From Cyanophora paradoxa CCMP329 (lineage: Eukaryota > Plantae > Glaucophyta), in assembly GCA_004431415.1 (NCBI GenBank), contig QPMI01000114.1, positions 62,001 to 126,000 of the forward strand: DNA of 64,000 nt, in the 5' to 3' direction. A model generated the notes under the pieces. That model was not told where the DNA came from, searched no databases, and saw only the letters and a list, made by a program, of their open reading frames with translations. Shown piece after piece: positions 11,078-22,600 of this stretch. Both the position numbers and the translations under genes were made by a program. Each line of letters starts with the position of its first letter. Position 1 is the stretch's first letter.

Positions 11078-12447
11078 ATGGAATCCAGGTGCGCGAAAGC
11101 GCGCCCGCCCGCGCATACAAGTTCTCAGAGGCGCAGCCGCAGGCGGGCGGCGAGCTACATCGAAGAGACCGCACGCCTGGCACGCTTGGCCCTCGGCCCG
11201 ACGGGCGCGCCCTTCGAAGTCCCGCGGCACTCCTTCGCCGCGGCTGCGTGTGCGCGGGAGGCCGCAAGAGTCGCGGCCTGGGACGCTCCGGTGCGCTTGC
11301 CCGCCCCGCGCCGCGCTCGGGGGCCCGACCGGGCGCGCGGCGCCTGCGCTCGCGCAGGCGCCCGGCAGCCGGCTCCTCGACGGCCCCTGGGTCAGGGGCT
11401 ATCCCTTGCCGGGGCCCCTCTATGGCGCCGAGCTCCAGCCGCCCGCGCCGCCGGCCGGAGCAGGCCCCTCTCCCGGCCGCCTCGGGGCCGGGGCTGTGCC
11501 CGCGGGGCCGAGGGGCCCGAGTACGCAGGCCCGGCCGCCCCGCTCCCCGCCGCGCACGTGCGCCCCCTCCGCCCCCGGGGCCGCGCCTGAAAGCCGTTCG
11601 ACGTTTCACAGCCCTGAACGTGCTAACTCTAAATTCGTTAGTTCTTGATACGCACTGTTTCGTAACTCTGGACCTGTTAACTCTAAATTCGTTAGTTCTT
11701 GATATGCACCCATAAAGCCTCGAAGTCGACGAAGGGTTCCAGTTTCATCGAACGAGCCCGCCCCGCCCCGCGCCGCCTTCGGCCCTCGGCGGACCGCGCG
11801 GCTGCGCGCCTCCCGCCCGCCCTCGGCACGCTCACCCCCGCCCCCGCCCGCAGGGCCGGCCCGGCCGCCGCCCACGCGGGAGGACATCGCGGACCTCTTC
11901 CACCTCCCCGTCCCCGTGCCCGCCCCGCCCCGCCCCGCCCCGCCCCGCCCGGCGCGGGCCGACGCTCGGGCAGGAGGCGGTGCGGGCGCTGGGCCTGGGG
12001 ACGACGACCTTCAAGCGGCTCTGCCGGGAGGCCGGCATCGGCCGCTGGCCCCACCGCAAGCTCGACGCCCTCGCCCGCTGGGCCGCCCGCGCCGACGTGC
12101 CCCGCCCGCCCCGCCCCGTGAACGCGCGCTCGACGCGGGGCGGCAGGCTGCGCTGGCGCTGGGGCCGGGGAGGCGCCCCGGGCGCTCGACCGCGCGGCCC
12201 TCGCGGCGGCGCGGCGCGCGCTGCTCGCCGCCGCCGCCCGCGTCCGCGCCGACCCCGCCGCCTCCGGTGCGCCCCGCCGCCCCCGCCGGCCCGCGCCCGC
12301 CGCGCCGACGCGCGCCCCGGCAGTGCGCGGGCCGGTGTTGCTCGTGAGGAAGATCCTCGGGCCCCACGGGCTGTAGCTGGCGCTGGGGCCCGCCCCGCCG
12401 GGGCCGGGGCTCCCTCCGCCCCCAACGCCGCGGCATGCGCGTTCTGA
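11078..12447 (+). CDS. RWP-RK domain transcription factor (multi-exon; boundaries approximate)
   Basis: EDIADLFHLP (~11880) followed by EAVRALGLGTTTFKRLCREAGIGRWPHRKL (~11975-12063), a canonical RWP-RK signature. Confidence 0.78.
11590..11756. repeat. AT-rich ~165 bp insert within the RWP-RK locus with a 32-bp direct repeat
   Basis: taactctaaattcgttagttcttgataYgcac at 11624-11655 and 11678-11709. Sharp GC drop relative to the flanks. Confidence 0.7.
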
Positions 12448-15400
12448 TTGAAGATATGATTATTGCAATGGGCACATCCCCGCCCCGATCATGATCAAGA
12501 GACGGGCACACTGTGACACACATGTTAATGACAAGCCGGAACGGACAGAACTGCACTGCAGTCTGCAGCTGCCACAGGCGACGAACACAAGCTCAAGAGG
12601 GGGCGGGGGCGGGGGAGGCCGACGGTGCGCACGCTGCGGGCCGCCGCGCGCCGCGCTGCGCCCCGGGGCGCACCGCGCCGGCCTGCCCGCCCACGCCCCG
12701 TGCGCTCGCAGACGCCCGCGGCGACGCGTCAGCGGTGCTCGTGATCGAGGGGCGAGCCCTGCCGGAGGCGGCGCCACTGCGTCAGCCGAGGCGGGTCGGG
12801 CGCCGATCGCGAGGTGCGCCCGGGGCCGCCGCCGGCGTGCGGGGGCCGCCTGGCGCGCCCCACAGGCCGCCGAGCCCGCCCCGGAAGGGAGCCTCGTCGG
12901 CCGGCCAGCCGGGGCCGGCCCCGCCGGCGGCCGCCTGCGCGGGACCGGCCTGCGGCCTCCGGCCTCCGGCGCCCACCTCCAGCACCCTGCGCGGGGGCGG
13001 CGCGGGGCGGGGTCGCGCGGGGGTTGGAGGGGCGAGGCGGGGGGCGCGCCGGCCGTCGGAGAGGTGGAGGCGGCGGCAGCCTGGCTCGCGAGCGCGCGAG
13101 CCTGGCTCCCACGGCCTGCGGCGCGAGGGCGTGGGTCGGCCGCCCACGCGACCGGCCCGGCGGCCCGCCCGCGGCCGGCCCTCCCTGCGCATGCGAGTAG
13201 CGTCAGCGCCGCCCGCAGCGGTCGACCGGGGCCCGGGAAGCCCGGTGGGGCGCACGTGCACGGGGGGCGTGAGGGATCCGGACGCGGCGAGGAGGGCGGG
13301 TGCCAGGGCCCGGCGGCAGCGGCGGCCTCCGGCCCGGCGGGCACCAATGCACGCGGGGGGGTCGGGCGGAAAATTTCGAAAACATTCAAGCAAATATTTT
13401 CACGATACAAACTTTTCAAGTTACTTGCAAAGCGAATCTGCTACATCCCTCCACACAGGGGCACGGCAGACACGAGAGGGACTGCCTACTATGCGATCTA
13501 AAGCGAAAATCAACTATCCGCTGTGTCTTCATGTGTTCTAAATCACATCTCAGCCATCCGCTATGTCGTCGCCGTCGGCGGAATTGGAAGCGAGCAACCT
13601 GCGGAGCGCAGCAGGGGGGCCTCCTCCTCCTCCTTGAGCTTGCCCTCCTCGTTGAGGACGGTGAGCAGCCAGGAGCGCTGCTGCGCGCCGGGGCCGGACT
13701 GCGAGCCCGAGGGGCCGGCAGGCACCGTCTCTTTGCCTCTGAACTCCCTCCCGCCCCGCCCCCGGCTTCGTTCGCGCCCGACGCCGGCGTGCCTCGCGCC
13801 GCACGCGCCCCCGCCAGCCGCCCGCGCCCCCCGGGCCCGAGCTCGCGGGCTCCCCGGCCTTTCTTCGTGAGAGGTTGCCCCTCCAAGCCGCCGAGCCTCG
13901 GAGCTCCCGATCCCACTCCCGCACCCCCTCCCTCCCTCCATTCCCCGACGACATCGCCCCTCCTCTGCGCACTAGCTTCAACCTCCAGCCTGCTGCGCTC
14001 CAACCCCCGCAGCTCAGCAGCCCCGCGACCCTCACACCGCCGAGCGGGCGGCGGCCCGGGCGGGCTCGCGCTCGGCCGGCGGGCCCTCCTGCAGCCCCCG
14101 CGGGCCGGCGCCCCCGCCCCCGGCTCGCCCCCCGCCCCGACGGCCGCATGCGCGGGGAGGCGGCACGGCCCGGGGCGTTCCGGCCAGCCCCGCCCCCGAT
14201 GCCGCCGGCGCCCCCCTCGCTGGCCCCCTCGACCTGGCGCCGGCCTCTGACCCGGGCCCGAGCCCGAGCCCGAGGCCGGAGGCCCCGTCTGCCGGCCCTC
14301 TCCTCTCCCCTCAGCCTCCGCCCACCTTCCGTCCTCCCGGACTTGGTGCGCCCCAGGGATCCCCCCGAGCACAGTGTCCCGCGCGGGAGGGCGCGGGCGG
14401 CGCCCACCAGCGCGCCCCCAGAGGTCCGCCCGCCCTCTCCGCCTCTCCCTTCGGCCCTTCTCCGCCCCCCCCCCCCCCCCCCTCCCCTCCCCGAGTCTGC
14501 TGCGCTCCTGTACCCAGACTCGGAGCGTTGCGCGGGCTGCTGCTCGGAACGCCCGTTCCGCGTCAAGCCGCTGCATGAGAAGCCGACGCCTCGATGGGCG
14601 CGGCGGCGCACGGCGCGACGCCCGCCCGGCCGGCGGCCCCGTCGCCGATCTCTCCCCCGCCTCCTCCTTCCCCCCCCTCCTTCCTTCCCCCCCGTCCTCG
14701 TTCCACTCCCTGACCTCCTTTCCTCCATCTCCCCTCTCACCGGGCAGCGGCAGGGGGCCGCCCCGAGGACGACCCCTCGCGCCCCATCGCCTCCTTCGGT
14801 GCGTCCCGCCCCTCTCTCGCCCGCCCGCCTAGCCCTCGCCTGGCCCGACCCCAGCCGCCTCGGCCTCTGCCGCCGCGCCGCACGCCTCACCGCGGCGGCC
14901 GCGGTGCCCGCCCGCGGAGGAGGCCGGCGGCGGCGACGACGTCCCTCGGCGAGGCGCCCCCGCCCAGGCGCCCGCCCCGCCCCGCCCCGCGCCCCACGCT
15001 TGCGCCCTCCTCTGAGCCAGGAGGCGGGTGTGCCGCGAACGGGCGGGGGCGCGGGCGTGGCTGGAGCGCGAGGCCGAGGGCCCCCCGCCGCCCCCGGCGC
15101 AGCGCAGCCAAGGCCCGCGCATCGTTCTATTGGGCATTCATTGAGGGGCCGCGCGGCGAGGGGCCCCGGCCCCCTCGCCACCGCGCGCGCCCCAAGAGGC
15201 CGCCTCTCTCGATTCCCGCCCCTTCCCTTCCCCTCCACTTCTTATCGTCTTTGTCCTCCTCCCTCTCTCCGCCCCGCCCCGCCCGCCCCGCCCGCCCGTT
15301 TCGCCACGGCTGAACCTTCACTCGCTTTGCAGCTCTCGCTGCTGACGGGGCCCGCGCCGGCCGCCGCAGCGCGCGCCTCTCGCTCCTCTCGAAGCGCGCC

Positions 15401-15640
15401 GCGGCGGTGGCCTCGGCCGCCTCGAAGCGCGCCGAGACCGCCCCGGCGGTTCCGGGGGCAGCTGTGGCGGCGGCGTGGTCTGCAGCAGAGAGGCAGGGAG
15501 AGAGGTGCGCGCGAGCCGCCCCCTCTCCCCCGCGACGCCCGCCCTGAGCTGACTGCTGGGCGCAGGGTCACGCCGCCGAAGCGGAGCGCCGACCCCGGGG
15601 CGCCGGAGGGGAGCGGCCGCCCTCGCCCAAGCACTGCGAG

Positions 15641-15984
15641 GCCTAGGGGTACCTCTTCGCAGGGGCGGCGGCGGGGCGCACCGGCCTCCCGCCCCGCCGC
15701 CGAGTCGCCGGCGCGCGCCGCCGCCGCCGCCGCCGCCGCTTCGGCCGGCGGCTCGGTCGAGGGGTCCTCGGGGGTACGGGGCCGTCGGAGGGCGGGCGGG
15801 GCCCCGCCCGAGCCGCCGAGGCCGCACCACGTGGGCCAGCAGCTCGCCCCCCTGAGGCGAGGCTCCTTTCCCTTCCGCTTCGCCCCTTCTTTCTTTGTCT
15901 TGCCTGGCCTCTCCGGCAGCATCGAGCGCGAGGTGCACGCCAACATGCACCTCGGCAGCGTCGGGGGCCCGCCTCGGCATCCTC
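15641..15984 (+). repeat. Dispersed duplicate of 6259-6616
   Basis: Near-identical from gcctaggggtacc to cggcatcctc, with small indels. Confidence 0.88.
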
Positions 15985-16653
15985 AAGCTCCTCCACTTCC
16001 GCCGTCTCCAGCACCCTCGAAAACCCCTGTCTACACCTCTTGGGCAATTCTTGCATACGGCCGAAATCTAAATTCTGGCTTCGGGTGGAAAACCGCCGGA
16101 CCAATTGCAAGTAATGCACTTGAACATGAAAGTCGGAATTGGATCATCGGATTCGGATCCGGATTGGAGGGCCGGCCGGGTGCCCGGCGGCCGGGCAAGA
16201 ACTTCGGAACTTCGGGAAAGGCATGCACATGCGTATGTACAGGCCTAGGCGTTCATGAGCGCTCAAAGAACGAAGGCGAGTGTTTAAAATGCATATGATC
16301 AGCTGCAGACACATTTTTTCATGATCAGAAAGCCCATATCAAGGGCGCCTGTTATATTAGTTCAGTGACTTCATCGATCGTATAGCTATATATATATATA
16401 TATAGGCACTACCGGTTCGCGTTAATTCGAACTCTGGGTCAGCTCGTAACCAGCTTTTCTCTCTCCTTTCGGCCCACGGGGCTCACTTTTTTAGCCACTG
16501 GGCCAGGCAGCTCAGTGAAGCAATGCCACGCGCGCGTGCATGCTACAAACCACCTGTACGCGGGTCCGGATAGACCAGAAAGTATCCGTAGTAACAGAGT
16601 TGGCACCCAGCTAGCCCCAAGCCCCACCCCTCCTGCCACGCCCTGTCCTCTGA

Positions 16654-19600
16654 GACTTCTGGACAACGCTGCTCTACGATTGGCGACTGACCGACCTTGG
16701 CACGCCTGGTGACGTTACATGGGTCAAATCGGCAAGGCCCCATGCTGAAAACCCGGAAACTCCAGCCCCACAGCGCCTCCACACGGCTGCCAGGTTGGAC
16801 GGGGTGATGGCGTCCGAAGCCTTAGCAGCGCGCATGCAGGCCACTCGAACACTCTACACAGCCCGAATCCTCACTGCAATCCGCTCCGACCACTTCCCCG
16901 TGATCGCCTCATTCAATATTGAGGGCCTCCTCCCCTCGCTAGATAACGAAGGGAACACAGTTCGCCCTAGTGTCCGCCCCCAAGCCCAGCCCCTTCCCCC
17001 AGTCTTCTCCTACCTGGCGCAACCAGCAGAGACGCGAGTCAAAGCAAAGATGCACGTCCAGACCTGGCTCGCTCGTTCCTCGCACCTAGTCAACCTCATC
17101 CTCCGTCCCGCGGAACACCAGCGAACGCATCCGAAATACCCCACACGGGTTAAAAGGGCAGTCCACACGCTAATGCACGCCCTCGTGGAAGCGATTAAAT
17201 ACGCAGCCGAGTCGCCCGACCTCAGTGACGCCCAGCTTCTCCAATACCGCCAGCGCCGCGACCGGGCCCCAAGCGTTTTCACCCCAGGGACAAAGGAACA
17301 GGACTCCGGCATCCTGCTACAGGTCCAGGGCTGCCTCTCAGCGTGGGCGCGCCACGCCGACAAGTCTGGCCCCCCACCAGCACTAGCCCCTGACAGTGCA
17401 AACGATTCCAGTTCATCCCCACTACACTACCTTACACAGCTCGAGCAGACAGTTGAATTCCATAATTTTGAAGTAGCCCAGCGCCCTGAGACGGAATTCC
17501 ACTACTACCCCGTCCCCCTAGAAGCCGCCCCAATTTTCCCGGGCGCCTCCGACCGCGCGACGCCTGAAGAATGCTGGTCGCGCTACTTTGCCGCTCAGCG
17601 GCACATGGCAGCTCTTGATGCACACCGCCAAGGCTTCCAGACCGACAAACTATCCCGCAACATCGATGCCCGCCGTCACATGCTCTCCCGCTCGTCCTCG
17701 ATGGGACAAGCGATCCAAATTCTGTTCGACAAATTCAGAAGCACTGTCAAACCGTACCTCACAAAATTGGTGGACGGCATCGTGCACGTCATAACAGCGC
17801 CGCAAGCTGTGCTGACCGAATATAAAGAATTTTTCGATGAGCGATTCTGGTACCCACGCGATGCCGCCGTCACACCAGAGCGCATCCGTGCTCGCCTGGC
17901 CCTGCACCCCGAACGCGCGGAACACTGGATCCGCCAATACGCCCCCCTCCCACACGTTCAGCTCGCTACATTCGACGGCATGACGGACATGCCAGACGAC
18001 CGCGAACTCTCCGCCCGACTCGCAACCACATCAGACGGAGCCGGCGGCCCGTCGGGTCTCACTAATGGCATGCTTAAAATGATATTCTTCCCCCCGCGCC
18101 TCTCAAAAGCAGATCGTCAGCTTCTCACCCTTAAGCACAGCCACGCCGAAGTCGATGCATGGGCCAGTACTGAATTCTGGACCACTTCCCGCGATGTCAT
18201 AAAGGCGATAGTCAAAGCCACGCTTGAGGGCCATATATGCGACCACCTTCTCCGCGGACAGGTCTTTACCATCCCCAAACGCGACAACGCCACTGATCTA
18301 GGCTCCCTTCGCCCAATCACGCTACAGGAAGTTCTCTGGAAGCTTGTTACGGGCATCCTCACCGACAGGCTCGACTCCCGTCTGGAAGACCACCAGGTCC
18401 TGCGAGGACCCAACTACGGCTTCCGCCGACACGAATCTACCGACCCGGTCCTGTACGCAGTCCGCGCGGCCCTTGAGGACGCCCACGACCACCGCAAACC
18501 AATATACATCGGCCTAGGTGACATAGCTAGTGCGTACGACAGCGTCTCCTGGGAAAGCATGGAAGCCAGCTTCCGCCGGCTACGCATGCACGAGCACCCC
18601 GCTGGCCGCGCATACATCCAACTCCACGCCTACGCAGCTCGACATCGCACGGCCGCCATCCTCACGCCCCATGACCGTACAGAATGGTTCCAAGTCCGCT
18701 GCGGCCTGCCGCAGGGAGGGATTGAAGCCCCCCTTCACTGGCGCATATTCTACGACACGGTGCTCACAGCAATTGATGAAGAAGCACGGACAGCCAATAT
18801 TGGGTACCGCATGGGCCCCCTCCCAGGTACTCCCTCCGGGAAGCTCCGCGACTTTGCCCCAGGCACCACAGGCGCCGCGCGCCCCGGGGAGACTTATAGA
18901 GTCCCAGCTGGGCCCCGTTCGTTCCTATCGATCCTGGCCTACGCGGATGATACGACGATGTTTGCAGACTCCCCACACACCCTCCAGCGCTTCTTCCAGT
19001 GGCTCTCAGAATTCCTACACATTCATAACATCCGCTTGAATGCAAAGAAGAGCGAGGTAGCTTTCTGGCGACCAGACTGGCGGCCATCGCGCCCGCTTAC
19101 ACTGGCACCGATCAAAGTGGGATTGGGCCCCCAGGCCGAACCCATCGGTACCATCCATCAACCAAACGATGCCTTCCGAGTCCTTGGAGTATTTTTCACA
19201 GCGTCGCTTGACTGGGGGCACCAATTTCGCCTCCTCCTCTCACACGCACGCACCGCAATGCACCTCCTTGGCCCAAAATATCTCTCTGTTGACGAATTCC
19301 GCACTGTCTTACACCGCGTTATCTATCCTAAACTGGCCTACCCGATGCGAATCATGACGCTTAGTGCAGCCCGATGTGCACAACTGGAGCGCGTCTGGTC
19401 CGAAGTGTTTAGACATGCAGCAGGCCACGCTAAGTCAACCAGTACACCAGCACTCTACCTCCTTTACCAGCTGCGCCACGTCTCCACGCTCCTGCTCCAG
19501 TCTCAGACACTCGATGAGCGGCTCCGGCTCGAAACAACCTACATTCTCCCGGACTCCCTAACCGGACAGCTCCACCGCCAACGCATACTCGATACCCAAG

Positions 19601-22600
19601 CCCGAAATGGGCTCTGCCTGCTCCCCTACGAATACTCGAATTTAATACCGACCCCCCGGCAAGAGGACACACATCTGTGCCTGTCCATCACACGGGCCCT
19701 AGCCGCGTCTGATCATGCCTTCGCCAACTGGACGGCGTTCGCAGCGAACGGATGGGTGCTAGGCCTCTCAGGGACGGAAACTAAACTTGACCGTCGTTTC
19801 ATCCTGACTTCCCAACTTTCTCCCGCCCTCCTAGCCAGGGCCGGCGTCTTTCTCATGGAATGTGGCCTCTTCACGATGGCCCACATCACAGTTCGGATTC
19901 ATGGCGAAGTCTGCATCCCAACCTGGTCAGAGCTCTGGCAGCTTTGCCGAGTCCCCTACACAAAACGTAAACAGCCGGAATGGTGGGATTGGCTACGCGA
20001 AGAACTGTCCGAACGCGAACACTGTGACGAAGCGGAGGGCCCCACCTGGCCCCGCCCGATCCGCGCAGAATTTTGCATGCCTCTACTCTCCCGCCCCCTT
20101 GATATTCGCCAAGCAGTCCGCACTAGCCCCCTCATCGCCAAGCTCACCCCCGGCACGCCGGTCTGGACTTCAGCGGGCTATCTAGCCGAGGTCGTATCCA
20201 CGCCCCTGATAGCAGACCCGGATGCGGCGAACCTTGATCCAGAGGCAGCAGCGGAGACTGAAAAGGTCTACATGGTTCACCTGCGCCACTGGCGGCTGGA
20301 CGACTCTGAGCTCCGTGACCGCAATGAAATTATCGCAGGGACCGCTGGGGAGAAGGCTTGCTTTGTCCCCTGTCCAGCGCCATCATACTGCGGCAGCGCC
20401 CGCCTGCACAAGCACCTCGGCCTAGCTACTGATGTGTGCGAATGGCACGAATGGGCCACCCATGTACGGGTGGCTCGCATCGCTGATGCAGGCCCGCCGG
20501 GGCATCCTTCCAAGCGCTCTCGCCGTGCAGCCGACGTGCCGTTCGTCCCCCCACGGGCGCTCAACAGACGCAACAAACCCGCCCCTGAGACTCTCCCACC
20601 TGCAAACCTGACCCAAACACTCCCGACCGCGGCACAGAAACGGCTCGCAAGGCTGAACAAAAAACTAGCTTTTGTCGGGCTCCCGACGAACCGGCAAGAC
20701 TTCCGCTTAGCCTCCGGCCCCCGCCCACGCCGAATCCGTTCCCTGCCCCCGCGGCCGGTGCACGACTCGGAGTCAGAGGGTGCCGAGGCACATGCACAGC
20801 CCCGCTCGATTTACTACGAAGTACCCGAGGGGGCCGCCCGCTCCATCTGGCTCGAGCTGGCCCCCTGGTGGGAAGAATTCCAGGACGAAGCGGGGCAGCT
20901 CGACGTGGCTGAAGCGAAGCCCCCCCCCCCTGCGCGACGTGAAGACCTGAATCCATTTCTTATTCCATCGGCCCACAGGAACACAACGAACCCGCCGGCG
21001 GCACTAGCTCGGGTGATCGAGGCTACACACGCGCCAGCATCCGATGCACTCGCGACCTCAATCTGGACCGACGGGAGCACTCGACACGCAGGGAAATCCA
21101 CAGCTGCAGTCAGAACGACGTTTGGAGTGTTCATCCCCGCAGCTCGTAATCCTCAGTTGCGCTCCACAGTAACTTTCTCAGCTCGTGTTAGCGGAGTCCA
21201 ATACAACATCGGCCTCGGCGAGCTTGAGGCTGTCATGCTCGCGCTCACGTACCTCGGCAAGGATGGAGGCACCCTCACGCTCGACAGCAAAGGCACAATC
21301 TCGCTTCTGCTGCGCTTCTGCCTTACGGGAAGCAGTCTTCTCCTTCGAAAAATCCTCCGTAGCCCGTACTGCGACACAATCCTGGCAATACGTGCTATTG
21401 TCGCAGCCCGTGAACGAGCAGGCTACGTCCCCCTACCGACTCTTAACTGGACCCCAGCCCACGAGCCGAAAACCATCCCTAAAGCTGAACTTGAGCCCCG
21501 ACTAGCCCCCCTGGGACCAACCTGCCAGCCCTCAGGGGCTGCCCCGCCACGCATGCCTTTCGACGCCACCCGCCCCTACGTCGCGCGCCCTGGCCCCGCC
21601 CCGCCTCCACGCAGCCAGCCCTCTCCAGCGGAGGCCACGGCCCGGGAATATCGCAGTGTCTATGGCGGGCTAAATTTTCCCATTGCCTATCTCCACGACG
21701 GGCCCCCAGATGACGAGGGGCGTGCCCACGTGTATATTGCCCCCCAAACGCTTGGCAAATATGAACAATACTTGGCAAACCCTGAAATCATAGAGCTTGC
21801 TCAATTTCGAACGCCGCACCACCTCCTACTTGACCTTGCCGCGGCTACCCCCGATCTGGCAGCACACCCAGACAAGCAATGCATAATCTGGGAGACTGCT
21901 ATTCGCATTCCGAAGGCCCACACACGAGTGCTGCCCGATAACTCTCTCGTGATAACGGCTCCAGCAGACTTCCTACGCCGCTACTCGACCTGGCTCGCCG
22001 CCCTTCCGCATCAATATCGCAACCGTATCAGTCTCCACTGCACCTCCCCCATCAACCCCATATTCTGGCCCGAAGTTGACGTGTCCCTCCCAACAACAGG
22101 CCCGTCACGCACGGAGTACTGGGATGCACTCGCAGTCCGAGCGAATGCACGTCGCAATTACCCTCTCACTGGCCCTCCGTCCCCGACCGGGGCACGGCGC
22201 GACCAGACCACCTGGCTCACCTCGCCGCCTCGATGGCAGCTGGCTGAAAACGGTTCATTCCCGGCTGAACACCCCGCCTGGCACTGGGACGAGGACCTGC
22301 CCCTGTCCCCCAGCGACCCCACGGCAGCGTATCACCGCTGCGACCCGGACCGCCCGTGCACTTCCCTTGATTTCGTCCTTCAGGACTGGCGAGCGGGCCC
22401 CGCCCCCCTGTGCACCTTGTGCCACCCGCCCGTCTTGCCCAACACTCCTTGCCCAATCCTGCCCGAGCGGCCCTCGCATGGCAAGTTCACAGATGCAGAC
22501 GCACTCCGTGCATACCACCCGCCCCCGCCCACTGTGGGGGCCTCAGCCGCCTACCCCAACTACCGTGCTGCGCCGCTGCCGCCAACTCTACGCCAGCAAC

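Noticed and set aside
11624-11709. CRISPR-like repeat-spacer-repeat
   Set aside because: Only two repeats with a 22-bp spacer, no cas genes, and a eukaryotic intron-rich context.
12460-16298. Long overlapping Arg/Pro/Gly/Ala ORFs (e.g. 13875-16298)
   Set aside because: Expected artefact of very high GC; no domains. Only a short coding-like piece near 13610-13745 (minus strand), too little for a gene call.
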